DNA of 64,000 bases from an uncultured Eubacteriales bacterium (GTDB lineage Bacteria; Bacillota; Clostridia; Oscillospirales; CAG-272), in NCBI GenBank assembly GCA_963614875.1, contig CAVEFC010000001.1, positions 99,808 to 163,807 of the forward strand. The letters are read 5' to 3'. Made by a program: the position numbers and the translations under genes. The notes below the pieces were generated by a model, which worked only from the letters and a program-made list of their open reading frames with translations, was not told the DNA's origin and searched no databases. Numbering within the stretch: the stretch's first letter is position 1; every line of letters begins with the position of its first letter. Of the stretch, positions 8,968 through 18,555 are shown piece after piece.

Positions 8968-10083
8968 ATGAAAAACACATTAGGTCAGAGCGTAACGGTA
9001 ACTGTTTTCGGAGAAAGTCACGGTGCTTATGTCGGCGCCGTACTCGACGGCTTGGCTCCCGGCATTGAAATCGATGAAAAATTCATCGCAGGAAGGCTTG
9101 CAAAGCGCCGTCCATCCGGCGCAATATCCACATCCAGAAAAGAAAAGGACGAATTCAGAATAATCAGCGGATATTTTGACGGTCACACCACGGGCTCGCC
9201 CTTGTGTATAATCATTCCCAACTCCGACGCAAGAAGCGCGGATTATATGCTGAATGCCGGACGCGCACGCCCCGGTCATGCGGATTATACCGCTTACCGA
9301 AAATATTACGGCTTTGAGGACTGGCGCGGCGGCGGTCATTTTTCGGGCAGAACAACGGCTGCGCTCGTAGCGGCGGGAGCAGTGTGCGAGCTTGCCCTCC
9401 GTATGCAAAACATCACCGTCGGCACGCATATTCTCAGGTGCGGCGGAGTAAGCGACAGCAAATTTGAAAATATGGCGGCGGAAATAGCCGCAATTGATAA
9501 AAAATCCTTCCCCGTTATATCGGACGCGGCGGGAAAGCTGATGAAAAAAGAAATTCTCGACGCCGCAAATGACGGCGACAGCGTCGGCGGAATTCTCGAA
9601 ACCGCGGTGCTCGGCGTTCCGGCAGGCGTGGGCGAGCCGTACTTTGACAGCCTTGAAAGCGTCATTTCTCACGCGGTGTTCTCCGTTCCGGCGATAAAGG
9701 GCGTACAGTTCGGCGCGGGCTTTGCGCTTGCCGATATGCGCGGAAGCGAAGCAAACGATCCGTTTATGATGGACGGAGACAAAATAGTGACAAAAACCAA
9801 CAACAGCGGCGGCATAAACGGCGGAATAGCAAACGGAATGCCGATAGTATTTTCCTGCGTGGTAAAGCCCACTCCCTCCATAAGCAAAGAGCAGGATACG
9901 GTTGAATTTCTTGAAAACAAAAACGACAGGATAGTCGTCACGGGCAGACACGATCCCGCAATAATTCACAGAGCCTGCCCCGTTATAAGCGCGGTGACGG
10001 CTATCGCCGTATGCGATATGCTTGCCGTAAGATACGGAACGGACTTCCCCCGTCGCGGAATGTCGGACGAAAAACTTTTCTGA
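8968..10083 (+). CDS. aroC: Chorismate synthase
   Basis: FGESHG, RPGHADY and GGGHFSGR signatures. Confidence 0.9.
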   Translation: MKNTLGQSVTVTVFGESHGAYVGAVLDGLAPGIEIDEKFIAGRLAKRRPSGAISTSRKEKDEFRIISGYFDGHTTGSPLCIIIPNSDARSADYMLNAGRARPGHADYTAYRKYYGFEDWRGGGHFSGRTTAALVAAGAVCELALRMQNITVGTHILRCGGVSDSKFENMAAEIAAIDKKSFPVISDAAGKLMKKEILDAANDGDSVGGILETAVLGVPAGVGEPYFDSLESVISHAVFSVPAIKGVQFGAGFALADMRGSEANDPFMMDGDKIVTKTNNSGGINGGIANGMPIVFSCVVKPTPSISKEQDTVEFLENKNDRIVVTGRHDPAIIHRACPVISAVTAIAVCDMLAVRYGTDFPRRGMSDEKLF

Positions 10084-10099
10084 TGAGAGGCACCCGAAA

Positions 10100-11344
10100 A
10101 TGATAACAGGTCTTGTCGGCGAAAAGCTCGGTCACAGCTTTTCGCGCGAGATACATTCGGCTCTGGGCGATACGTCGTACCGCAATTTTGAGCTGAAAAA
10201 GGACGAGCTTGCAAAATTTATATCCGAAAGAAATTTCGACGGAATAAACATTACCATTCCATACAAAACCGATGTGATTCCGCTTCTTGACGTCATAAGC
10301 GACGAAGCAAAAGCGATAGGAGCCGTCAACACCGCAGTAAATCGCCGCGGGAAGCTTTTCGGCTACAACACCGATTTTTTCGGAATGAGAGAGCTGATAA
10401 CAAAAAACCGTATTCCCGTAAAGGAAAACGCCGTGCTTATACTCGGCACGGGCGGAACGTCGCGCACGGCAAAAGCCGTAGCCGAAAGCCTCGGAGCTTT
10501 GAGCGTTGAAAAAGTCAGCCGCAATCCCGACGGCGAAGGCGAAATAAGCTATGCGGTGGCAAAGGAAAAATATTTTTCTCTGCCGGTTGTAATAATCAAC
10601 ACCACGCCGCTCGGAATGTTTCCGAATATTTTCACCTGCGCGATCGAACCCAAGGATTTTTCGCGTCTTCTCGGAGTGGTTGACGCAGTGTTCAACCCAT
10701 TGAGAACCGAGCTTGTCGTGAAAGCTGGAATGCAGGGCGCTTTGTCCTGCGGCGGACTTTATATGCTCACAGCGCAGGCGGTAAAGGCTTCGGAGCTGTT
10801 TTTCGACAGAAAATATCCCGACGGCACAACGGAAAAAATATATCGGGAGCTGCTCGAAAAAAAGGAAAACATCGTGCTTGTCGGTATGCCCTCGTGCGGA
10901 AAAACGACGATAGGAAAAATCATCGCCGAAAAAACCGGAAAAAGCTTTATCGACTGCGACCTGCTTTTTGAAAGCACCTTCGGCATTTCGCCCGCGGACT
11001 GCATAAAAGGCGAGGGCGAGGCGGCTTTCAGAAACAAAGAAAGCCTTGTGATACGCGATATCGCATCGAAAAATTCGTGCGTTATTGCAACGGGCGGCGG
11101 AGCTGTTCTCAGAGAAGAAAACGTTATAAACTTAAAGAAAAACGGAAAAATAATATTCATCGACCGCTCGCCAGAAAAGCTGACGGCAACGTCAGACCGT
11201 CCGCTTTCGCAAAGCCGTGAGCTTATAGAAAAGCGATATCGCGAGCGCTATGAAATATACTGCAAAGCGGCTGATATAAAGGTGGACGGAAACGGCTCGG
11301 CGGCAGACGTTGCAGCCACGATACTTTCAAAGGAGCGGAAATGA
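10100..11344 (+). CDS. aroE/aroK: Fused shikimate dehydrogenase / shikimate kinase
   Basis: N-half has INITIPYK...GAVNT...GTGGTSR (AroE). C-half has the Walker A motif GMPSCGKTT plus GGGAVL (AroK). 414 aa as a single ORF. Confidence 0.85.
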   Translation: MITGLVGEKLGHSFSREIHSALGDTSYRNFELKKDELAKFISERNFDGINITIPYKTDVIPLLDVISDEAKAIGAVNTAVNRRGKLFGYNTDFFGMRELITKNRIPVKENAVLILGTGGTSRTAKAVAESLGALSVEKVSRNPDGEGEISYAVAKEKYFSLPVVIINTTPLGMFPNIFTCAIEPKDFSRLLGVVDAVFNPLRTELVVKAGMQGALSCGGLYMLTAQAVKASELFFDRKYPDGTTEKIYRELLEKKENIVLVGMPSCGKTTIGKIIAEKTGKSFIDCDLLFESTFGISPADCIKGEGEAAFRNKESLVIRDIASKNSCVIATGGGAVLREENVINLKKNGKIIFIDRSPEKLTATSDRPLSQSRELIEKRYRERYEIYCKAADIKVDGNGSAADVAATILSKERK

Positions 11345-11784
11345 AAATACTCGTTATAAACGGTCCGAACATAAATATGCTCGGAATAAGAGAACCCGAT
11401 ATTTACGGCAGGGAAACCTTTGCCTCTCTTGAAAAAAAGATAAAGGCATATTGCAAAAGCAAAAATATCGGGGTAAAGCTTTTTCAGTCGAACTGCGAGG
11501 GGAAGCTTGTCACAAAAATTCAGCGCGCCTACAAAAAGTTTGACGGAATAATCATAAATCCCGGCGCTTACACGCATACAAGCATAGCCATTCCCGACGC
11601 GCTGAAAGCGGTCGCTGTTCCGACGGTCGAGGTACATATTTCGGACGTTGACGCGCGCGAGGATTTCCGCAAAATAAGCTATGTGCGCTCTGCGTGCTTT
11701 GCCACGATATCGGGGCACGGCACAAACGGCTATACGGAGGCTGTCGACGCGCTTATATCAAAGCTTTCCGGCGGTGCGAAATGA
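11341..11784 (+). CDS. aroQ: Type II 3-dehydroquinate dehydratase
   Basis: MKILVINGPNINMLGIREPDIYG...INPGAYTHTSIA...HISD hallmark. ATGA overlap with the upstream gene. Confidence 0.9.
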   Translation: MKILVINGPNINMLGIREPDIYGRETFASLEKKIKAYCKSKNIGVKLFQSNCEGKLVTKIQRAYKKFDGIIINPGAYTHTSIAIPDALKAVAVPTVEVHISDVDAREDFRKISYVRSACFATISGHGTNGYTEAVDALISKLSGGAK

Positions 11785-12992
11785 AAGTATATATAGGTAA
11801 AAAAGCGGCGTCGGGGATTTTCACGGCTCCGCCTTCGAAAAGCTTTTGTCACAGAGCGCTGATATGCGCCGCTCTTGCCGACGGCAAAAGCGTTCTTTAC
11901 GGGATGTACCCCTCGGACGACGCGCTTGCAACCGCCGCGTGTCTTTCGGCGCTCGGCGCGGATATCCGCTTCGACGGGGACAGGGCATACGTCTGCGGCT
12001 TTGACGCGCTCGGCGCAAAGGCAAAAGGCGCTCTTTTCTGCGGCGAAAGCGGAAGCACGCTTCGCTTTCTCACGGCGGTGGCGCTTCTTTCGCAAAACGA
12101 AACGGTGCTGACAGGCTCTGCGCAGCTTTTGCAAAGACCGCTTGCCGAATACGAAAAACTTTGTCTTTGTCAGAACCTTTTGTATAAAAAAGACGAAAAT
12201 TCACTTACCGTCCGCGGCAGACTTCCGGCAGGAACATATGAAATAAGCGCAGAGGTTTCAAGTCAGTTTGCAAGCGGACTTATGATGGCGCTTCCCCTGC
12301 TTTCATCCGACAGCAGAATAGTGCTGACGGGAAAAATCACAAGCCGTTCGTATCTTCTCATAACGGCGCAGGTGATGCGCGCGTTCGGCGCAGACGTTAC
12401 CGTCGGCGAAAGAGAAATATATATAAAGGGCAATTTCCGCTATGCTCCGCGGGAATACACAATCGAGGGCGACTGCTCGGGCGCGGCGTTTTTTGAAGCG
12501 ATGAACAGGCTCGACAGCAATATAAAAATAACGGGGCTCAATCCCGAAAGCGTTCAGGGCGACAGAATTTACGGAGAATATTTCGACAGGATATGCGCCG
12601 GCTCTGCCACGCTTGACATAACCGACTGTCCCGATCTTGCTCCGGTGCTTATGGCGCTCGGCGCGGCAAAAAGCGGCGTTACCCTGACGGGAACGGCACG
12701 TCTTCGCGCAAAGGAAAGCGACAGAGGCTCGGCTATGGCGCAGGAGCTTTCAAAATTCGGAATAAAAACGGAGCTGTACGAAAACTCTCTCACCGTATAC
12801 GGCGGCGGGCTTAAAGCTCCGACCGTACCGATATGCTCGCACAAGGATCACAGAATAGTAATGGCGTGCGCCGTTTTGCTTATGCTTACCGGCGGAGAAG
12901 CAGATAATGCCGAGGACGTAAAGAAGAGCTTTCCCGATTTTTTCGAAAGGCTTTCGGCTCTCGGCGCGGAGGTAAAAATCGTTGGAACTTAA
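11781..12992 (+). CDS. aroA: 3-phosphoshikimate 1-carboxyvinyltransferase (EPSP synthase)
   Basis: Start moved to ATG 11781, which forms an ATGA overlap with the aroQ stop. Contains PPSKS, GESGSTLRFL and RAKESDR motifs. Confidence 0.85.
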   Translation: MKVYIGKKAASGIFTAPPSKSFCHRALICAALADGKSVLYGMYPSDDALATAACLSALGADIRFDGDRAYVCGFDALGAKAKGALFCGESGSTLRFLTAVALLSQNETVLTGSAQLLQRPLAEYEKLCLCQNLLYKKDENSLTVRGRLPAGTYEISAEVSSQFASGLMMALPLLSSDSRIVLTGKITSRSYLLITAQVMRAFGADVTVGEREIYIKGNFRYAPREYTIEGDCSGAAFFEAMNRLDSNIKITGLNPESVQGDRIYGEYFDRICAGSATLDITDCPDLAPVLMALGAAKSGVTLTGTARLRAKESDRGSAMAQELSKFGIKTELYENSLTVYGGGLKAPTVPICSHKDHRIVMACAVLLMLTGGEADNAEDVKKSFPDFFERLSALGAEVKIVGT

Positions 12993-13836
12993 CAGCAATA
13001 CCAAAATACTTATCGTAGGTCTGGGCGTAATGGGCGGAGGCTATGCCAAAGCTCTTACAAAAAAGGGCTACAAAATAAAAGCGATAGACATATCGCAAAA
13101 AACGATAGACTATGCGCTTAAAAACAATTTCATCTCTTACGGCACGACAAAGGTCGAGCCTTCGCTTGTGTCGGAAGCCGATATAATAGTGTTTGCGCTT
13201 TATCCGCACACCTTCAAAAAATGGATAACCGATTATCAGAAATATTTCCGTTCTGGAATAATAATCACCGATGTTACGGGCGTAAAGGGCTGTATCGTTT
13301 ATGATATACAGTCGATTCTGCGCGAGGATGTCGAATTCATAGCGGCGCATCCCATGGCGGGACGTGAGCGTTCCGGCATCGAATACAGCGACGATAAGGT
13401 TTTTATCGGCGCAAACTACATTGTAACGCCGACCGCAAAAAACACGCGTCCGGCAATTGAGCTTTGCAAAAAGCTCGGATATGAGCTTGGCTTTGAGCAT
13501 ATTTCCGAAATAACGCCGGAGCTTCACGATGAAATGATAGCGTTTCTTTCACAGCTTACGCACTGCATAGCGGTAGCACTTATGACGGCGGGAGAAAATC
13601 CGCGTCTGCGCGATTATTCCGGCGACTCGTTCCGCGATCTTACGCGGATTGCAAAAATAAACGACGAAATGTGGAGCGAGCTTTTCCTGCTCAACCGCGA
13701 CGCGCTTCTGCGCGAAATGGACGCCTTTGAAAGAGAGTTCAAAAAGCTGAAAGCCTGCGTCGAATCGGGCGACAGAGAAACCATGCGCGAAATGATGAAA
13801 TGCTCCACCGAGCGCCGCGCTTTGTTTGATAAATAG
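12982..13836 (+). CDS. tyrA: Prephenate dehydrogenase
   Basis: TTG start with GGAGG 9 nt upstream. Rossmann motif IVGLGVMGGG and HPMAGRE catalytic motif. Confidence 0.8.
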   Translation: MELNSNTKILIVGLGVMGGGYAKALTKKGYKIKAIDISQKTIDYALKNNFISYGTTKVEPSLVSEADIIVFALYPHTFKKWITDYQKYFRSGIIITDVTGVKGCIVYDIQSILREDVEFIAAHPMAGRERSGIEYSDDKVFIGANYIVTPTAKNTRPAIELCKKLGYELGFEHISEITPELHDEMIAFLSQLTHCIAVALMTAGENPRLRDYSGDSFRDLTRIAKINDEMWSELFLLNRDALLREMDAFEREFKKLKACVESGDRETMREMMKCSTERRALFDK

Positions 13837-13871
13837 ATTTTTTTCATATACACGAAAGGACCGATAAAAAA

Positions 13872-14900
13872 ATGAATATGGAATTCAGAAGAAAGCTGCC
13901 TATTCCGAAGGAAGTAAAGGAGATGTATCCTATCTCCGAGGAGCTTATAAAAATAAAAGAGCAGAGAGATAACGAAATAAAAGCCGTATTTTCCGGCAAA
14001 AGCGATAAATTCATTCTTATAATAGGACCTTGCTCCGCCGACAGCGAAGCTCCCGTTCTCGAATATGTCACACGTCTTAAAAAAGTGGCGAATCAGGTAT
14101 CCGACAAGCTCGTAATAATTCCCAGAGTATATACAAACAAGCCGAGAACCGTCGGCGACGGCTATAAAGGAATGCTTCATCAGCCCGATCCTTCCGGCAA
14201 TCCCGATATACTCAAGGGTATAATCGCCATTCGTGAGCTTCACACAAGAGTTCTTCGCGAAACGGGACTTTCCACAGCCGACGAAATGCTTTATCCCGAC
14301 AATCACCGTTATCTTTCGGATCTTCTTTCGTATATTGCGGTAGGCGCAAGATCTGTCGAAAATCAGTTTCACCGTCTTACAGCCAGCGGTCTTGATATTC
14401 CCGTCGGTATGAAAAACCCCACAAGCGGCGACCTTTCGGTAATGCTCAATTCCATAACGGCAGCTCAGCATCCTCACGTTTTCATTTACAGAGGGTGGGA
14501 AGTGAAAAGCAAAGGCAACGAATATACGCACGCCATTCTGCGCGGATATGTAAACAAGCACGGCGAATCTCAGCCCAACTATCATTACGAGGATCTTGTT
14601 TTCCTTGCGGAGCATTATGCCGCGCACGACCTCAAAAACAAAGCCGTAATAGTTGATACAAACCACGCAAACTCCGGCAAGCGCTGGTTCGATCAGATAA
14701 GAATCGCAAAGGAAGTGCTTTCCTCCTGCCGTCAGAACGACGAAATAAAAAATATGGTGAAAGGTCTTATGATTGAAAGCTATCTTGAAGACGGCGCTCA
14801 GAAAATAGGCGAAGGCATATACGGAAAATCCATCACCGATCCCTGTCTCGGCTGGGAGAAAACCGAAAAACTCATTTTTGAAATCGCCGACCTCCTCTGA
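13872..14900 (+). CDS. aroF: 3-deoxy-7-phosphoheptulonate (DAHP) synthase, class I
   Basis: IIGPCSADS, KPRT, GARSVENQ and DTNHANS motifs. 342 aa. Confidence 0.85.
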   Translation: MNMEFRRKLPIPKEVKEMYPISEELIKIKEQRDNEIKAVFSGKSDKFILIIGPCSADSEAPVLEYVTRLKKVANQVSDKLVIIPRVYTNKPRTVGDGYKGMLHQPDPSGNPDILKGIIAIRELHTRVLRETGLSTADEMLYPDNHRYLSDLLSYIAVGARSVENQFHRLTASGLDIPVGMKNPTSGDLSVMLNSITAAQHPHVFIYRGWEVKSKGNEYTHAILRGYVNKHGESQPNYHYEDLVFLAEHYAAHDLKNKAVIVDTNHANSGKRWFDQIRIAKEVLSSCRQNDEIKNMVKGLMIESYLEDGAQKIGEGIYGKSITDPCLGWEKTEKLIFEIADLL

Positions 14901-14928
14901 CCTTCTTTTCTTCGAGAAGAAAAGAAGG
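14901..14928 (+). terminator. Hairpin immediately after the DAHP synthase stop
   Basis: CCTTCTTTTCTTC-gag-AAGAAAAGAAGG perfect stem. There is no clean T-run, so function as a terminator is uncertain. Confidence 0.4.
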
Positions 14929-14984
14929 CAAAAGAAGCTTCAATTAAATTGCTTTGTGCAGATTTTTCGGTATCTGCACAGACA

Positions 14985-15170
14985 GGGTTATTAAAAATCT
15001 GCATATCGCAAAGTTTCTTTTGCTTTTTTTATAAGTTCCGTCTGCGCAGGGATTAAAAACTCTGTATATCGTCACCGATAACCGAAATTCTTTTGCTTTT
15101 TTTATAAGTTCCGTTCGCGCAGGTATTAAAAACTCTGTATATCATTCCCGATAACCGAAGTTTCTTTTGC
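14985..15170. repeat. About 3 tandem copies of a ~65-73 bp unit
   Basis: The unit GG(G)ATTAAAAACTCTGTATATC..CCGATAACCGAA.TTCTTTTGCTTTTTTTATAAGTTCCGT.GCGCA is seen at about 14985, 15049 and 15121. The first copy lacks the CCGATAACCGAA block. Confidence 0.75.
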
Positions 15171-16239
15171 CTACTTTTCTTTTCCAAAGAAAAGTATGGC
15201 GGCGGCGGAGACGACGGATTTTGTTTATGTGACGTTCAAAGCTGCCGTCCGAAAGAAGCGCGGCTATAACATACTGTTCAAGCACCGGCACGGTGCAGGA
15301 ATAAAAGCCGAGCTTTTTGTAAAATTCATCGGCGAGCTTATCCGAAAGGAGCATATATCCCACACGCACGGACGGAGAAACGGTTTTTGAAAACGTGTTT
15401 ATATAAATAACTCTGCCCTCGGTATCGCCCGCGAAAATCGTTTCAAAAGGTTTTGCAAAAAGCGAAAATTCGGATTCATAATCGTCTTCGATTATATATC
15501 CGTCCCGCTCTGAAGCCCACCTGATATATTCCGCCTTTTTTGAAGCGGAAGCCGACACCCCCGTGGGATAGCTTCTGTACGGCGTGACATGAAGCACATC
15601 GGCGCGCGAATTCCAAAGCGCCTGCGAATTTATTCCGTCATTGCAAAGAGAAAGTCCCTCCGTTTTTACGCCCTTTGCCGCATAAACGCTTTCTATTTTT
15701 TCATACGAAGGCTTTTCAATACCGAAAATTTTGTTTCTGCCGAGCAGCTCCGTAACCATTCCGTAAAGATATTCCGCCCCCGAACCGATTATTATCTGTT
15801 TTTCGGAAACCTCAATGCCCTTGTTGCGACGCAGATAGGCTTTTATCGCGGTTTTAAGCTCGCTTATGCCCGTGGGCGAAGATTTTTTCATAAGCTCCTC
15901 CCCGTATTCGCTGAGGATAAAACGCACCTCTGCCGCAAATACCGAAAACGGAAAGCTTTCCGCAGGCACGGTTTCCGGCGGAGCGTGCTTTTCTTTTATG
16001 CCTGCGTCAGCCGAGCGGTAAACGGCTTCCGTAGTGTATTCAACGTAATATCCGCTCCGCGCCTTTGCCGTTATATAGCCTTCGCTTTCAAGAATTTCGC
16101 ACGCGTGCTCAACCGTTATCACGCTTACGTTCATCGTATCGGACAGTGTGCGCTTGGACGGAAGCTTCTGTCCGTATTTTATCGCGCCCGAAACAATATC
16201 TCCCTTTATTTTTTCGTAAACCCACATATATTTTTTCAT
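15142..16239 (-). pseudogene. MocR/PdxR-type GntR regulator (wHTH plus aminotransferase-fold domain), apparently 3-prime truncated
   Basis: N-terminal GntR wHTH (KLPSKRTLSDTMNVSVITVEHACEILESEGYI), then an AT-fold domain. The ORF is only 365 aa and its last ~18 codons (HTFLWKRKVGKRNFGYRE) are read from the hairpin/tandem-repeat DNA. Confidence 0.6.
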
Positions 16240-16340
16240 AAAATCTGACCTTATAAAAATATGATAATCTGGTTATTTCAATATTACCACCTTTATTATA
16301 TAATGCTTTGCGTAAATGTCAATACAAAGGAGCTGTCTTT

Positions 16341-16856
16341 ATGAAAGAATATACTTTTTCCACGCGGAAGCTGTGCTATGTGGCGCTTTTTACCGCACTG
16401 AATATAATAATGAGCTCGTTCGGAGTTCCCGTCCCGGGCGGACATCTGTATCTCAACGATATAGTAATCTGCTTTGCCGCGCTTCTTTTCGATCCGTTTT
16501 CGGCTTTTATAGTCGGAGGCGTCGGCGCGTTTTTCGGCGACCTTATATTTTATCCGACGCCTATGTTTGTATCGCTTGCGACGCACGGACTTCAGGCTGT
16601 CGTTATTTCGCTTATAGCCGGCAGAAAAGAAAATCTGCCAAAGCTCCCGCGCGCCGCTCTTGCCGTGTTTGTCGGCGCGATAATAATGGTCACGGGATAT
16701 TCTCTCGGACGTGCGTTTATTTACAGCACGCCCGAATATGCAATAATCAAGCTTCCCTATCAGATATTGCAGGCGGCGGCAGGCGCTGTGCTCGGCGTGA
16801 TACTGCTCTATAAAACTCCGGTAAGACGCCTTGTTTATAAGATACCGAAAAGCTGA
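16341..16856 (+). CDS. ECF transporter S component (substrate unknown)
   Basis: ATG 16341 with an aaaggag SD. About 171 aa with ~6 TM segments and a small hydrophobic S-component-like sequence. Divergent from the MocR-type regulator. Confidence 0.6.
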   Translation: MKEYTFSTRKLCYVALFTALNIIMSSFGVPVPGGHLYLNDIVICFAALLFDPFSAFIVGGVGAFFGDLIFYPTPMFVSLATHGLQAVVISLIAGRKENLPKLPRAALAVFVGAIIMVTGYSLGRAFIYSTPEYAIIKLPYQILQAAAGAVLGVILLYKTPVRRLVYKIPKS

Positions 16857-16906
16857 AATCCCGACATAAAAATACCGCAGGAAAATTTTCCTGCGGCGTT
16901 TTTTTG

Positions 16907-18283
16907 TTAAAGAGAAAGCATATGCGATGCAAACATAAAATACAGCATAAGCGAAACCGCGTCCACGATTGTCGTTATTACCGGACTTGCGACAACGGCA
17001 GGATCAAGCTTTACAGCCTTTGCCGCGATGGGAAGCGTACATCCGATAAGCTTTGCGAAAATAACCGTTGCAAAAAGCGTAAGACAGACGACTCCCGAAA
17101 TTGCAAATCCGTATGAATTGAACGGAATCGTTTTGAGCAGAAGCATTTCGACAAGCATAATTTTCACAAAGTTTGCCGCGGCAAGCGTTCCGGCGCAAAG
17201 CGTCGCGACGCGAAGCTCCTTGCGTATCACAAGGAATACATCCTTCGGCGCAATATCGCCGAGCGCCATCGCACGAACCACCGTTACGGTAGCCTGCGAG
17301 CCGCTGTTTCCGCCCGTATCCATAAGCATCGGGATAAACGCCGTCAGAGCGGTGCAGGCGGCAAGCGCGTTTTCAAAGCCGGAGATTATCATTCCCGTAA
17401 AGGTTGCCGAAACCATCAGTATCAGAAGCCACGGAATTCTTTGCTTCCACGTTTCTATCGTTCCGGTTTTGAGATACGGCTTTTCGGACGGCGACATAGC
17501 AGCCATTTTTTCCATATCCTCGGTCGCCTCGTCCTCGATTACTTCCATTGCGTCGTCTATCGTTACTATGCCCACAAGACGCTGCTCTGCGTCAACGACG
17601 GGAAGCGCAAGATAGCCGTATTTTTTTATCTGTCCCGCGACGAATTCTTTGTCGTCCGTCGTATGCACTTCTATGAAATTGTCGTGCATAATGTCTTCTA
17701 TTTTCGTATCGGAGGACGAAACAAGCAGTCTTTTTACGGAAACCACGCCTATCAGCTTGCGGTTTTCCGTCACATAACAGGTATATACCGTTTCCTTGTC
17801 GAGCCCTTCCCTGCGGATATGCTCAAACGCTTCGGCAACCGTCATTGTTTTTTTCAGCGAAATATATTCCGGCGTCATTATGCTGCCGGCGCTGTCTTCG
17901 GGATAAAGAAGAAGCTCGTTTATTGCTTTTCTTCTCTCCGGACTTGAGTTTTTCAGAATTCTCGCAACGACGTTTGCCGGCATTTCTTCAATAAGGTCGG
18001 CGGCGTCGTCCATTTCCATATCCTCAACTATTTCGGTAAGCTCGGTATCGCTCAGATTCTTTATCAGCGTTTCCTGAACGTCGGGCGTCATATACGCGAA
18101 CGCATCTGCCGCCGTTTCTTTTTTCAGAAGTCTGAAAACAACCGTTACCTGTTTTTCATCCAGCCCGTTCACAGCCTCGGCTATGTCCACCGGATTTACG
18201 TCGTCAAGCTTTTCGCAAAGCTCCTTGAAGCGTTTGTTTTCGATAGCATCCGCTATCATTTCAGTCAAATTTTTTTCTTCCAT
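16907..18283 (-). CDS. mgtE: Magnesium transporter MgtE
   Basis: N-domain, tandem CBS pair (LIGVVSVKRLL.., LVGIVTIDDAMEVIEDE), C-terminal 5-TM domain with DTGGNSGSQ. Start set at ATG 18283 (SD aaagaggtg). Confidence 0.9.
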   Translation of the reverse strand: MEEKNLTEMIADAIENKRFKELCEKLDDVNPVDIAEAVNGLDEKQVTVVFRLLKKETAADAFAYMTPDVQETLIKNLSDTELTEIVEDMEMDDAADLIEEMPANVVARILKNSSPERRKAINELLLYPEDSAGSIMTPEYISLKKTMTVAEAFEHIRREGLDKETVYTCYVTENRKLIGVVSVKRLLVSSSDTKIEDIMHDNFIEVHTTDDKEFVAGQIKKYGYLALPVVDAEQRLVGIVTIDDAMEVIEDEATEDMEKMAAMSPSEKPYLKTGTIETWKQRIPWLLILMVSATFTGMIISGFENALAACTALTAFIPMLMDTGGNSGSQATVTVVRAMALGDIAPKDVFLVIRKELRVATLCAGTLAAANFVKIMLVEMLLLKTIPFNSYGFAISGVVCLTLFATVIFAKLIGCTLPIAAKAVKLDPAVVASPVITTIVDAVSLMLYFMFASHMLSL

Positions 18284-18299
18284 GTCACACCTCTTTCCG

Positions 18300-18549
18300 A
18301 AAAGGCGCGGCAAAATAAAAAGATCGCCGCAAGCCTTCTCTGTCTGATAAACCGAAAGCTATGTGCGATCATCGGAAGCTTTTATACAGCCCGTGCGGAT
18401 CAGTTTGTCCACAGCGAAAAAACCTCGGCTCGCGGGGCAAACAAACACATATAGGCAGTAAAAATACTTCGTCCGACCGAACTGCTACTTCCCGCGTCCA
18501 TCGATTTTTTCACCTCAGCTTTTTTTCTTGAATTTCGGGCTTTCGCCCA
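18300..18549 (-). promoter_or_regulatory. Long structured 5-prime leader of mgtE, possibly an M-box (Mg2+) riboswitch with a terminator
   Basis: ~265-nt leader between the predicted promoter and the start. Its 3-prime part, GGGCUGUAUAAAAGCUUCCGAUGA, resembles the conserved M-box 3-prime strand (GUGCUAAAGCUCUACGA). A terminator-like AAGGCttGCGGC...GCCGCGCCTTTT lies at ~18306-18345. The middle of the consensus was not recognised. Confidence 0.35.
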
Positions 18550-18555
18550 TACTGA

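Noticed and set aside
11694-11780. Upstream start codons given by the ORF track (aroA 11694, aminotransferase 5630, deoB 18528, bioY 44271, spoIIR 40183, recombinase 38349, mgtE 18313, nif3 52704, polymerase 35037, yycH/yycI-like 61479/60061)
   Set aside because: In each case a downstream ATG has a proper SD and/or an ATGA overlap with the preceding gene, and the extra N-terminal residues look non-native.
4267-14666. Other long antisense ORFs (4267..5250, 8980..9969, 12886..13527, 13614..14666; likewise 20709..21317, 42930..43778, 45577..46461, 48337..49101, 60094..61428, 61356..62528)
   Set aside because: Each is antisense to a gene with strong family signatures, and none has a convincing SD or motif.
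14985-15170. Possible CRISPR array
   Set aside because: The repeats are directly adjacent ~70-bp units with no unique spacers, there are only ~3 copies, and no cas genes are present in the window.
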